From Octopus vulgaris (Eukaryota), in contig OX597835.1 of the NCBI GenBank assembly GCA_951406725.2, forward strand, positions 24,180,001-24,244,000: a stretch of 64,000 nt of DNA. Reading direction: 5' to 3'. Positions 53,140 through 64,000 of the stretch are shown in pieces (position 1 is the stretch's first letter; each line of letters opens with the position of its first letter). The position numbers and the translations under genes were made by a program. The notes beneath the pieces are model-generated. The model had not been told where the DNA came from. It saw only the letters and a program-made list of their open reading frames with translations, and ran no database searches.

Positions 53140-53925
53140 AGTTTTAACTAATTTGTTCACTACCTAAATTAACAACAGCCACATTGAATTTCACTGTTCA
53201 CTGTCTAAATTGCAATTAACACAATCTAAACTACTCGCTACCAAAATAACGATTAACATTTTAAAGCTGTTCACTACCTAAATTTCCATCAACACTAGTT
53301 TACACTGTTCACTACCATTAACAATGTTTAAGCAAACTGTTCACTACCCAAATTATCATCAAACACCGTTTAACTAAACATCATTAGCACCATTTTATTA
53401 AACACTATTTAACTAAACTATTCACTATCCTAATTACAATTAATAACATTGAAACTGTTCACTACCTAAATTGCTGTTAACACTATGTAGCTAAACTGTA
53501 CACTATCCTAATCATCATTAACATCATTTAGGCTGTTCATAATCCCAGATATCATTAACACTGTTTGACTAAGTTGTTCACTATTAACATCATCTAACTA
53601 AACTGTTCATTCTATTAATTGGCATCAAGTGTTTCATCTGTTCACTAACCAAATTACTGTTAACACTGTTCACTGTCATAATAATCATTAACCTGTTCAC
53701 TATTAATTGCCATCCACAGTTTCAACTATTCACTATATTCTAATCACCATTAACACTCTTTAACATGTTCACTACCTAAATTCTGTTAACCTAAATTCTG
53801 TTAAACTGTACACTATCCTAATCATCATTACCCAAATTACCATTAACACCATTTAATTAAAATATTTACTATGATTACTGTTAGTACTGTTTAACAAAAC
53901 TGTTCACAACCTAAAATAACATTAA
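53140..53925. repeat. Degenerate ~35-45 bp satellite (aaactgttcactacctaaattaccattaacac)
   Basis: The ctgttcacta motif recurs more than fifteen times; strongly G-poor on the + strand. Confidence 0.75.
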
Positions 53926-54179
53926 ACAACTTAGAATTCAAACTTGGCTTCACTGAGCCAGTGATGGAATCGGTACATTGCTGTAGGTTAGTCCCAGATG
54001 AACGATGCCACCAGCTATGGATTGTTTGCACAACAGATAACCAAAACTTAGCAATGAGCATATTAAACCAAGTTGTTGCATTTTTAACCCTGGGTCAGCT
54101 TTAATTGAGCAGATCTATGATGAAAGGTGTTGTAGTCATGATCATTCTGGTTAGCGAAGTTGTTTTTTTTCTGATATGG

Positions 54180-54570
54180 TCTTCTTCAGTGAGCTCACAT
54201 TAGGGAGAAGACCATGGGTGCACTCTCTTTGAAGATACATGGACCAACTCAAAGCAACACTGAAAGCCACTGGAATTGAACCTAAATCATTTGAAACACA
54301 AGCCTGAGACTGTACCAAGTGGCAGTGTTCCATCACCATTAGAACCCAAAACTTTGAAACCACCAAAAGAGAAAAGGAAGAACTCCAGCGACAGGAGAGA
54401 AAGGCTCAACAAAACCAACCTCGTCCTTCACCAACATTGCCATTCAGTCAATGCCATTGGCTCTTCTATGCAAGAATTGGTCTACAGTCATCAATGCCAT
54501 TACCATAAAGGAAGCGTTCAGCAAAGAAGGAAATAAATTCTTGGATACGAGATAAAGCTGCCACCATTGA
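54180..54570 (+). mobile_element. RTE LINE 3' fragment
   Basis: FFSELTLGRRP...RYMDQLKATLKATGI...FETQA, with stops; degenerate finger region. Confidence 0.65.
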
Positions 54571-55321
54571 CAAGTGTATCTGAGACTACATTATCCAATG
54601 TGCTTTTTCCTTTAACAAGACTGTGTGTTATTCAAGTGAGATTTCACTGGTATTTTAGCAGTTCAAGAAACTACATAAAGATTCCCCAATTGATCTGCAA
54701 GAAATAGCAGCCAAATCTTCCTCAAATTACAAATATCTTAAAAGGGAAAGAGCACATTGGATATGCGAGGAGAAAACAAAGAAAAACTTCAACAGCTGGA
54801 GCAAGGCTGACCTAGAACTAAAAAGCAACAACTTAGCTTAATTTACTTATTGTTTGCTGTGTCTATCATTTGTTTTATCTCATTCAAACTAGCCACACCA
54901 GTGGATCTGTCGACACGTTACCATTTAATTGTTGGAAAACATCCAATAAATTGCACAGAAAACACCATTTTTCTTTATATATTTCATTATTTGATAATTT
55001 ACATCATTATAAAATATGAATATGTCTTTAGTATTGTGAAGGTTGAAGGATTAAACCTTCAGCAATACTCTCTATTCTACACTATATACATGATCTATAC
55101 TATTGTTTTTTCTTTTTTTTTACATAGATGATGACGTGTTAAGCCTTAAACAAGACACTCCACTCTATTCTATGTCAATACATCAAGAGAGTCTAATACT
55201 GTTACTATTATGAAAGTTAGTTAAACCTAACACAAGACACATTTTTCTACTATACACATATGTATGGATGTGTGTGTGTATATATATACATATATATTAT
55301 GCATATATATATATACACACA

Positions 55322-55352
<31 letters not shown>

Positions 55353-55353
55353 A

Positions 55354-55384
<31 letters not shown>

Positions 55385-55411
55385 ATATATATATATATAT
55401 ATATACACACA

Positions 55412-55442
<31 letters not shown>

Positions 55443-56810
55443 ATATATACATCTGTTTATATATACATATGTGCATTTATATATACATGTGTGTGTGTGT
55501 GCATATATGTACGTATATATATGTGTATGTAAATATATATACACACACACATGCAAATCATTAGTACATCTAACACTATTATTATTAGAAAAGTAGATGA
55601 ATCAAACCTTAGACAAGACACACCACTCTACATAAATACATCACCATTGCATCCAGCAAAATTTGTATTGTGAATGTTAAAGAACTATCTTTCAGGCAAG
55701 ATGCAAACCTCTCCAGTATTTAAATTCATTCATAGGCCTAACACCATCTCTAATATGAATGCTACTCTACTCCACAATGGTAAAAAAAAAAAAATACACT
55801 CATTCCTCCCTTTAACGGATTTCGGAAGCAGGGGACAAAATTACGGCATATCAACAACACCTCTTCACCATCCATGGTAAGAGTGATTTTAAATTAAAAA
55901 TGTTGAGTTTACAGTATTTATAGAGTATATTTACAGTGTACAGGTATTTCACACTGTTTGATTGGAGAGTGTGCTGGATTAAAAGTACTGTGTTTATTCC
56001 TCTGTCTTTCGTAATGTAATTGTTGATATATTAGCCATCCCCAATGTAGTGCGGGTACCTATGGACAGTCGACTTCATTGGACCGATGTTCCTTGCTTTT
56101 AGTCCGTAGTACTGAGGTATGAGTGTACCTAGGTATATTAGTTTAAGATTTAGACACAAGGCCTGAAATTTGGTGGGAGGGGACAAGTCGATTGCATTGA
56201 CCCCAGTGTTCAACTGGTACTTGTTTTATCGACCCCGAAAGAATGAAAGGCAAAGTCGACCTCGGTGGAATTTGAACTCAGAACGTAGTGGGAGATGAAA
56301 TACCACCAAGCATTTCGCCCAGCGTGCTAACGATTCTGCCAGCTCACCACCTTAATAATAATAATAATAACAATAGTAATAAAATTTATGCTGAAGGTTT
56401 AAATTCTATTTCACACTACTGTATTAGTATAAAAAGGTTAACTAATACAAAATGATTAATTACTAAAATTTAGGACTAATTAGAAAATTTTCATTTAAAA
56501 AAGAGAATTTCCAAAGCTAAAACTATTTTCTGTGTGGAATTTGCTTCTACGTAAGAATTATAAAGATTACACGTTTATTCATATTGATAAGACAACGGTG
56601 CATTATGCAAATATTGTAATTCATAACATCCCTCAAACATTCAATAAATGTATTGATATGATATATCTCCAAACAGTTGTAATTATTAATAATAATAATA
56701 ATAATTATTATTTCTTCTGACTTTGTCTCAAGGCCACAAATTTAGGGGTAGAAAAGGTGAGAGTATAGGTGACTATATCGCCATCCCTTGTATCTGACTG
56801 GGGTATTTAA

Positions 56811-57117
56811 CATGTTAACTGCTACAGCCTGTAACCGGAACTTACCAGTGATGTCACTGATTTTATGTGATCACACTGATTACTGTTTAATTAGAAGGAT
56901 ATGCGATTTTTTTTTTTTTTGCATTTTTACAATATTTCACAATTAAACTTTAATATTTAGTACTCGCGTTTATTTAAATATCCTTGAAACCATGTCAAAG
57001 ATATAGAATAAAATACTTTCTCAAATTATCAAATTGTGCCACCAGTGGTGCATTTGGCGATGGAGGTTGCATGAACTTTGCAATGAACCATCAATGGTAC
57101 ATGTGGCAGTTAACGTG
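56811..57117. mobile_element. TTAA-specific (piggyBac-like) MITE nested in an old SINE A
   Basis: TTAA-CATGTTAACTGCTACA...TGTGGCAGTTAACGTG-TTAA (16-bp TIR, 2 mismatches); the flanks rejoin into SINE A sequence. Confidence 0.7.
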
Positions 57118-58679
57118 TTAATTTTATCAACCCTGGAAAGAGGATAAGCAAAGGTGACCTCAACAGGACACCAGCTTACATGTGAAGAGAACAGACATAA
57201 CAAAATAGCACAAGGTATTTTGTCTGTCTGTCTGTCTCTCTAACAATTCCATCAAACCTCTGACCTTGCATCCCAGTATTGGCTACAAGACCACAAATTT
57301 ACAAGGGAAAGGAATAACGAATTTAAAGGTTACCAGTTCTTGGCTGGTACTTAAATTTATTTTTCATTCAACCTCAATAGAATGAAAGGTAAAGTTGACC
57401 TTGATGAGAATTGAACAGAGAACACTAAATTCTGTAAGGCTTTTACTGAAACTACATACTAAAAAGATTTCATAAAACTACATATATATATAAGGCATTT
57501 ACTAAAACTACATACAAGTAAGGCTTTTAGCTTGGTGTTCTACAGTTTCTGCTAATTGCAAAGGATGTTAAATTTTCAAATATTTGTTTTTAAAATTCAC
57601 GTCTATTTAAATCACCATCAATTGACCAACAGAAATGTAAATTTACAGACCTATACTACTGAATCTGGCCTTTTCACTCTGCTCGCAAATACCCCTCTAA
57701 GTTTATGATCAACCAAACACTTCTTCTCAACACATTAGCATAATTCAAAACATTTCCCGCTTCGTTCTGTGTCACCATATTTCTAGGTTTAAAACTTTTC
57801 CACTGGGTTATGTTGCCATTTCATTCAAAAACTCCTTCACTTACTCCCACATGTGCTTAACATCTGAATACTTTCTTGGCTCACCTACATTCAAGTTTTA
57901 AGACAATCAATACATTTCACTCAAACACTTTGTAACTTCACTGCCTTCCATTCATTGGGCTTAACTCTTTAGTGTTTAAACTGGCCAAATCCGGCCCAAT
58001 ATATTCTACATATTTTATATTCAAACTGGCCATATCTAGCCTCTCACACCTAACCTACATTGACAGCCTAAAAATAAACAATCACATCATTGAAACCTCA
58101 AAGCTATAAGGTAATGCATGATTAATTCAAAACAATTTAAATAAAAAAGCATTACATTTAACAGAGTAATTTGAACACTAAAGGGTTAAATTTCTGATCT
58201 AACCTCTTTGGCCAACCTGCATTCAGATTCTGTAATGCTCGATTTATCTTAGTCAAACATTTCTTTGTTTCCACTCATGCCCGTTTAAAGCATTTTGGTA
58301 CCTACTATTCACAGATGGAAGCCAGCAGTAGTCTCTCTCTCATTCCTCATGTTCTCTTTTAATTATTTTGTCTCTCAAATATCCCCACAACACCTTTCAC
58401 TCTACACACATTTACCAATGCCGTATTTTATCCAAACATGTCAATATCTACAAATTTACTCATCTGCTTCTTCCTTGTCTTTTAATCCTTATTTTGGAGG
58501 AAGGAGCCACCATTAATGACGCCCTCTTTCGTCAAGCTTTAGAAAGCTCAGATCCCTGGTGTTCTAACAATGCTGCCAATCCAATACCGTCAAAGTAGAT
58601 CTTGGCCAGATTCCAACTTAGACTGAAAAAAGCCAGAACTATTACAAGGCATTTTTGTTCAAAATTTTGATAATAATAA

Positions 58680-59490
58680 TACCTCTTTCTACTGGAAGCA
58701 CAAGGCCTCAAATTTGGGGGAGGGGATTAAGTCGATTACATCAACCCCAGTGTGTAACTGGTACTTATTTAATCAACCCTGAAAGGAGGAAAGGCAAAGT
58801 CAACCGTGGCAAACTCAGAACATAGCGGCAGACGAAATACCGCTAAGCATTTCACTCAGCTTGCTAATGATTCTGCCAGCTTGCCACCTCAATATTAATA
58901 ATAATAATAATAATAACAATTTCAAATTTTGGAGGAGGGGGGTGTCGGTTACAGTGGTATTTATTTTATCAACCCTGAAAGGATGAAAGGCAAAGTCGAC
59001 CTCAGAACATAGCGATGGGTGAAATACTGTTAAGCATTTTGTCCAGCGTGCTAACGATTCTGCCAGCTTGCCACCTCAATAATAATAATAATAATAATAA
59101 TAATAATCCTTTCTACTAAAGGCACAAGGCCTGAAATTTGTGGGGAGGTGGTAAGTCAGTTACATCGACCCCAGTACTCAACTGGTACTTAATTTATCGA
59201 CCCCAAAAGGATGAAAGGCAAAGTCGACCTTAGCAGAATTTGAACTCAGAACGTAGTGGCAGACAAAATACCATTAAGCTTTTTGCCCAGAGTACTAATG
59301 ATTATTACCAGTTCACCACCTTTAATAATAATAATAATAATATTAATTATAATAATGGCTTTTCTGATTTGGGCACAAGGCCAACAATTTTTGAGGAGAG
59401 GGGCTGGGGAGTCAATACAGTTGACCCCAGTAATTGATCGGTACCTAATTTTATCAATCCCAGAAAGGATGGAAAGTAAAGTTGATCCCA
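58680..59490 (-). mobile_element. Cluster of SINE A copies separated by (AAT)n (further minus copies at 56150-56355 and 60980-61700)
   Basis: Repeated ggatgaaaggcaaagtcgacc cores, all on the minus strand. Confidence 0.8.
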
Positions 59491-60441
59491 GAGGGATATA
59501 TAACGAAAATAAAGTCCACTCTGTTATATTTTACAATTGAGTGGCTGAAAATTAAACTTAGAAATTTTAACAAATCGTTCATTTTACAGCAGGGATATTT
59601 AAAAAAAAAAACAGGTTAAAAAACAATACAATAACAGAAATAAAACATATACATACTGTGTAGGACGGACCTAAGGTCAAAATCTAGGAAGCTCCAAAAA
59701 GGCAGGTCAAGAAATAGGACATTTTTTTTTGTCGTTTGTTTTATACAAATTTACGAAGCTTTCCTGTATGAAACCAATTAAACCAATTTTCAGTCAACAA
59801 CAACGGATATATTCCCTTCAAATTGGGAATTCATAAAATAATATAAATCCATTTTTTCATGAGGGAACGGAGAGATCTGTGAAATATCGGGTTCTTTTGC
59901 CGCTGCAGATTTTCGTCGGGGTCAAAATCAAGTTGTTTAAAATATAGAGATAAGATTTTCTTTTTTTTTTAGTTTTTGTTTTCAAGCCAAGGGAGACAAC
60001 TAACAAACCATTAATTCAAGGGAAACTACTCGCAAACAATCAAGTTATTTCTGTTGCTTTTATTTTTTTTAATGCTTTCAAATGGACGCCAACTCGTTAA
60101 AACATCGTTAACAGTTACTTCCCTTGAATACGAACCTCTGACTCAATCATACGTATTCTTTTTAGAGTTTCTTATCACTAAGCTTTGATGATGTTACAAA
60201 GGGTAACACACAAGCGTTCAACCATGACTGCATTACATCTTATAGAACAAACAGCTGTGAGCTAACGAACTTCATAACATAATTTACTGGTCATTTTAAT
60301 TCCTTATATACATACATATAACATGCTACTACTCTTTCTAGCACAAGGCTTTCCTATTTGGAAGCCTCTTATTGCATTACATATAACATACATGTATATA
60401 CAGACATAATGTATATATACATACACAATGTATATATACTC

Positions 60442-60652
60442 TTTATTTAAAGCAGCAGAAAATTCAACAAAACCTGTTACTCTGAGTTTCCTGTTACCGT
60501 TCCTAGCAAAAACTGTCCGATGAACGGCAACGGGAAACTCAGAGTAATAGGTTTTGTTGAATTTTCTGCTGCTTTAAAGAAAGCATATTACTCTATCACT
60601 GGAATTTGAGTACTCTTTTTTCCACCTTGTTTCACATTTATGTGTTTACTCC

Positions 60653-60655
<3 letters not shown>
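60442..60655. mobile_element. Penelope-like pseudo-LTR foldback, family H1
   Basis: About 60-bp inverted arms plus an unpaired tail homologous to 9503-9575; abuts (TA)n. Confidence 0.65.
60507..60556 (+). ncRNA. Minimal type-I hammerhead ribozyme motif (variant core)
   Basis: CAAAAACUGU-CCGAUGA-ACG GCAA CGG-GAAACUC A GAGUA-AUAGGUUUUG; GUA cleavage triplet intact, with a U4C change and one stem II mismatch. Confidence 0.68.
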
Positions 60656-60690
<35 letters not shown>

Positions 60691-62676
60691 GGTGACTGAA
60701 CCAGCTTCAACTCAGTCATTTGATCTGCTAGAAATAGCAGCTAAATATCTTTCCACTCAAACACAACTGACTTATATTAAAGGATACGTTGTATAGTGTA
60801 GTCTGTGATTTCCAAAGCCATTGTAGGAGGCTCAACGAAACACACGGACACACATCCTGGAATAACAAGATATAGTTTTCAATGAGATACAGTTTCCCTC
60901 ATATTACGTATGAGATTCATCTAGAAGACATTTGTTCGAAAACTATATTCAGGCGTAGATATAGTTCTTTATTGGTTTCATATTTTGGCACAAGGCCAGA
61001 AAATTCGGATGGGGGGAGGGGAGGTAGTAAGTCGATTACATCAACCCCAGTACGCAACTGGTATTTAATTTATTGACCCTGAAAGGATGAAAGGCAAAGT
61101 CGACCTCAGTGGAATTTGAACTCGGAATGTAGCAAAGGGCAAAATTCCACTCAACATCTTGTCCAGCATGCTGACGATTCTGCCAGCCAGCAGCCTTTAG
61201 TTGTTTATATATATCAATGTATAGTGGAGGTGGGGTGGGGAGAGAAGTAGTTTCAAGTTTTGACACAAGGCCAGCAAATTCAAGGGGTGATGGTAAAGTC
61301 AATAACGTCAACCCTGGTACTTTAACGGTCCTTTATTTTATCAATACTGAAAGGACGAAGGCAAAGTTGACCTTGCTGGCATTTCGACTCAGAGTGGAAC
61401 AAACTGAAAGAAATGCTACTAAGCATTTTGTCTGGAGTACTAACGAGTCTGCTAGTTTGCCGCTTCATAATAATTATAATTCTTTCTACTAAAGGCACAA
61501 GGCCTGAAATTTTGGAAGGTGACGCTCGTTGATTACATAGTCCCCAGTGTTTAACTGGTACTTATTTTATTGACCCCCCAAGAGGGATGAAAGGCAAGGC
61601 TGACCTTGGCTGGATTTGAACTTGGAACATAAACCCGCAAGAAATACCACTAAGCAGTTTGTTAGACTTGTTAATGATTCTACCATCTCACTGCTTTAAT
61701 TATCATAATTAATAATTGTTATGTTAGTAATGTTAAATGAAAATGCTATTGAAAATAATATCCATATAAATTGTTTAAAAACTTGAGTGTGTGAATGCGT
61801 GGACAGGTGTATGTGCATGCGTCTGTGTGTGTGTGTGTGTCCTTGTTTTTTTCTGTGTATCTTTCTGTCGAAGAGCGTAGGCTCGAAACATAAAAGACTT
61901 GTTCTATTTCTATTCCTGAGCACCATACAAATACATTTGTTTGTTTGTACTCCATCTGCCTTCGTCTTTTGTTAATTTTCGTAAACCTTCCCGTTATATA
62001 TATGAAATCCTGGGGAAGTTTAAAATTTCAATTTGTGAAGTTTGCATAATTTCAGTTCTAGATTTGATAAAATTCATCAGTAATGTTTTTTTTAGCAGCA
62101 AGATAAAACTATTTTATCATCAGCAATTATAATTTGTTTTTATATCAATTAATTATTCAAAGAACTTAATAATCACTTTGTATTTATTTCATAAGCTCGT
62201 ATAAAAGACTCCCACTTATTCAACTAAAACCCATTTTATATTTGACTAACAAGCCTGGAATATGGGATTCAGAATATAACTAGAAAAAAACTGCTGCATA
62301 ACAATGAGTAAATACAAAATGATTGTGGCCAGAATGACCGCAGGTATTTGAAGATTATATTCTCGAGATTAAATTCCTTTACTTATACTTCCTACAGATT
62401 AATTTAGCTGTATACAGATCTAAAGTTGTAGAAATTTAAACAAAGCTTTGACAATAGCCATAAACTATGTATATATAACTCTGTTACATGCATACACACA
62501 CACATATATATATCTTAGGTCCTGGTGGGGTATTTCCAGGGAAGCACTCACCCTGAGTTCTGAGCTGTCAACACTGTCAGATTCCTGACTGATAGCGAAA
62601 TTCTTCAAGTGTAGAAAATCCTAGTTTCACGATGGTGAAACTGTTTTGTTGGTGCAGTGAAGAGTAAGCTATAAAT

Positions 62677-62886
62677 CCAAATGAAGAGATTAAAGAAATC
62701 CTTTAACACATCTTTAATGATGCATTACAATTGTTTCTGTGCCAACTCTGCTTGCAACATCAGTTTACACAATATTCAAAGTGAAAATTTACATAGACTG
62801 GTGTTGAAAGCAGAGTTGGTACAGAAGCAATTGTAATGAATCATTAAAGATGTGTTAAAGCATTTCTTCATCCTATTATTTGGATC
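62677..62886. mobile_element. Foldback element with ~90-bp arms (family H5)
   Basis: ctttaacacatctttaatgatgcattacaattgtttctgtgccaactctgc versus gcagagttggtacagaagcaattgtaatgaatcattaaagatgtgttaaag. Confidence 0.7.
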
Positions 62887-63696
62887 TCTCTCACACACAC
62901 ATACGCACACACACACATCTATAAAGAGTACAGTTTACTTTCATGGGGAGCAGAAAATCTAACGTTTTAGAGAGTCCTTCTCCAAGGGAAATTTAACAGG
63001 AGATAAATTCAGAGGAGACAGCTGGGTTTTACATTTTCTAAAATAAAGAAGGGGAAAAAATGGCAGCAACTCATAATCAGAGAATTTAAAATGCCATCAT
63101 CTCTCGTGATTTTCTCTCTTTTCAACCTTTCCCTTTTTTCCGCTGGGGTGAGTTCACTGAATTCCTTTTGTCAATTAATACAAAATGTGACAAACTTTGT
63201 TCACGCAGACCCACACCACTCCCTTTGGAGATCTGTTTGATAATCTATATGTACACATGCACACACACAAACACACCACACATATGTATGTGTTTGTGTG
63301 TGCGTATATACACATATGTACACACACATAAACACACCATACATATATGTTTGTGTGTGTATATATACACATATATATACATACATACACACACAAACAC
63401 ACAGACATATATTTTTGTATATAAGACTATTTTGGGAGTACCATACCGTTAACTGCTTAGAAGCAAGCTGTGTATATAATATTTTCAAACCCGAGGGATT
63501 ATTCGGTTGTATTGGGTATATAAGAGTATAGATTAAACAGTTGTACAAAATATACACGAGTATAGAGGGTATACAGAAGTACAGAGAATATAGAAGTATA
63601 AAGTATATGTAAGAAAAGAAAAAAAATAGAAAGAAAGAAAGGAAGGAAGTGGTTGCATCTTCCACATAATTGCTAATTAATAACATTCGATGTTGA

Positions 63697-63969
63697 TTAT
63701 TGGTCAGCATAATTTTCTTCGTCTTCTTCTTTGATGTCTCTGCTTTTTTCCTCTTCTTCATCGAATTCCAGGATTTGAGTGATTTCCTTTGGTGTGTCGG
63801 CATAAAGGTGTGGTACCAGGCTATCTGTACGCTGCAGTGTTTTTCTCTTGGGAATGGCAGCGTCGGTGGAAATTCCTGATAAGTTCTCACTGAAAGAGCG
63901 CGAACGACTGGCCATCAGATCACTGCCGACCACTTGTTTCTCGTGTGACACAGTTGATTCATGTGCCAT
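63697..63969 (-). CDS. Probable terminal coding exon of an unidentified gene convergent with the stomatin gene
   Basis: Minus-strand acceptor ttcatttttctctccatccag immediately precedes a non-repetitive 90-aa frame (MAHESTV...RSRSFSE...KRKTLQRTDSL...EFDEEEEKSRDIKEEDEENYADQ*). Confidence 0.7.
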   Translation of the reverse strand: MAHESTVSHEKQVVGSDLMASRSRSFSENLSGISTDAAIPKRKTLQRTDSLVPHLYADTPKEITQILEFDEEEEKSRDIKEEDEENYADQ

Positions 63970-64000
63970 CTGGATGGAGAGAAAAATGAATAAACTTCAG

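Noticed and set aside
63201-63890. 229-aa minus-strand ORF
   Set aside because: Alternative frame of the terminal exon running into T-rich and microsatellite UTR; the 63969-63697 frame has the acceptor and more protein-like composition.

Overview
AT-rich, microsatellite- and SINE-dense eukaryotic DNA. The repeat families look like those of an octopus (coleoid cephalopod); this is inferred, not proven. On the + strand, 632-5742 holds the last five coding exons of a stomatin/MEC-2 (SPFH, band 7) gene. Its internal exon sizes (83/204/56/79 nt) match, from recall, those of vertebrate podocin. At the right edge a convergent minus-strand terminal exon (63969-63697) belongs to an unidentified gene. 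The ~56 kb between them is mostly mobile DNA: four SINE families, a young 5'-truncated RTE LINE with a 12-bp TSD, older RTE, CR1-like and RLE-LINE fragments, Tc1/mariner remnants, TTAA MITEs and a non-autonomous Helitron. The most unusual signal is a set of at least five unrelated ~150-300 bp elements, mostly foldbacks next to (TA)n tracts. They carry recognisable or degenerate minimal type-I hammerhead ribozyme cores (CUGAnGA-stem II-GAAAC-palindromic stem III-GUH), consistent with Penelope-like pseudo-LTR or retrozyme relics. Most ORFs in the supplied track are microsatellite artefacts. All repeat boundaries were read by eye and are approximate.
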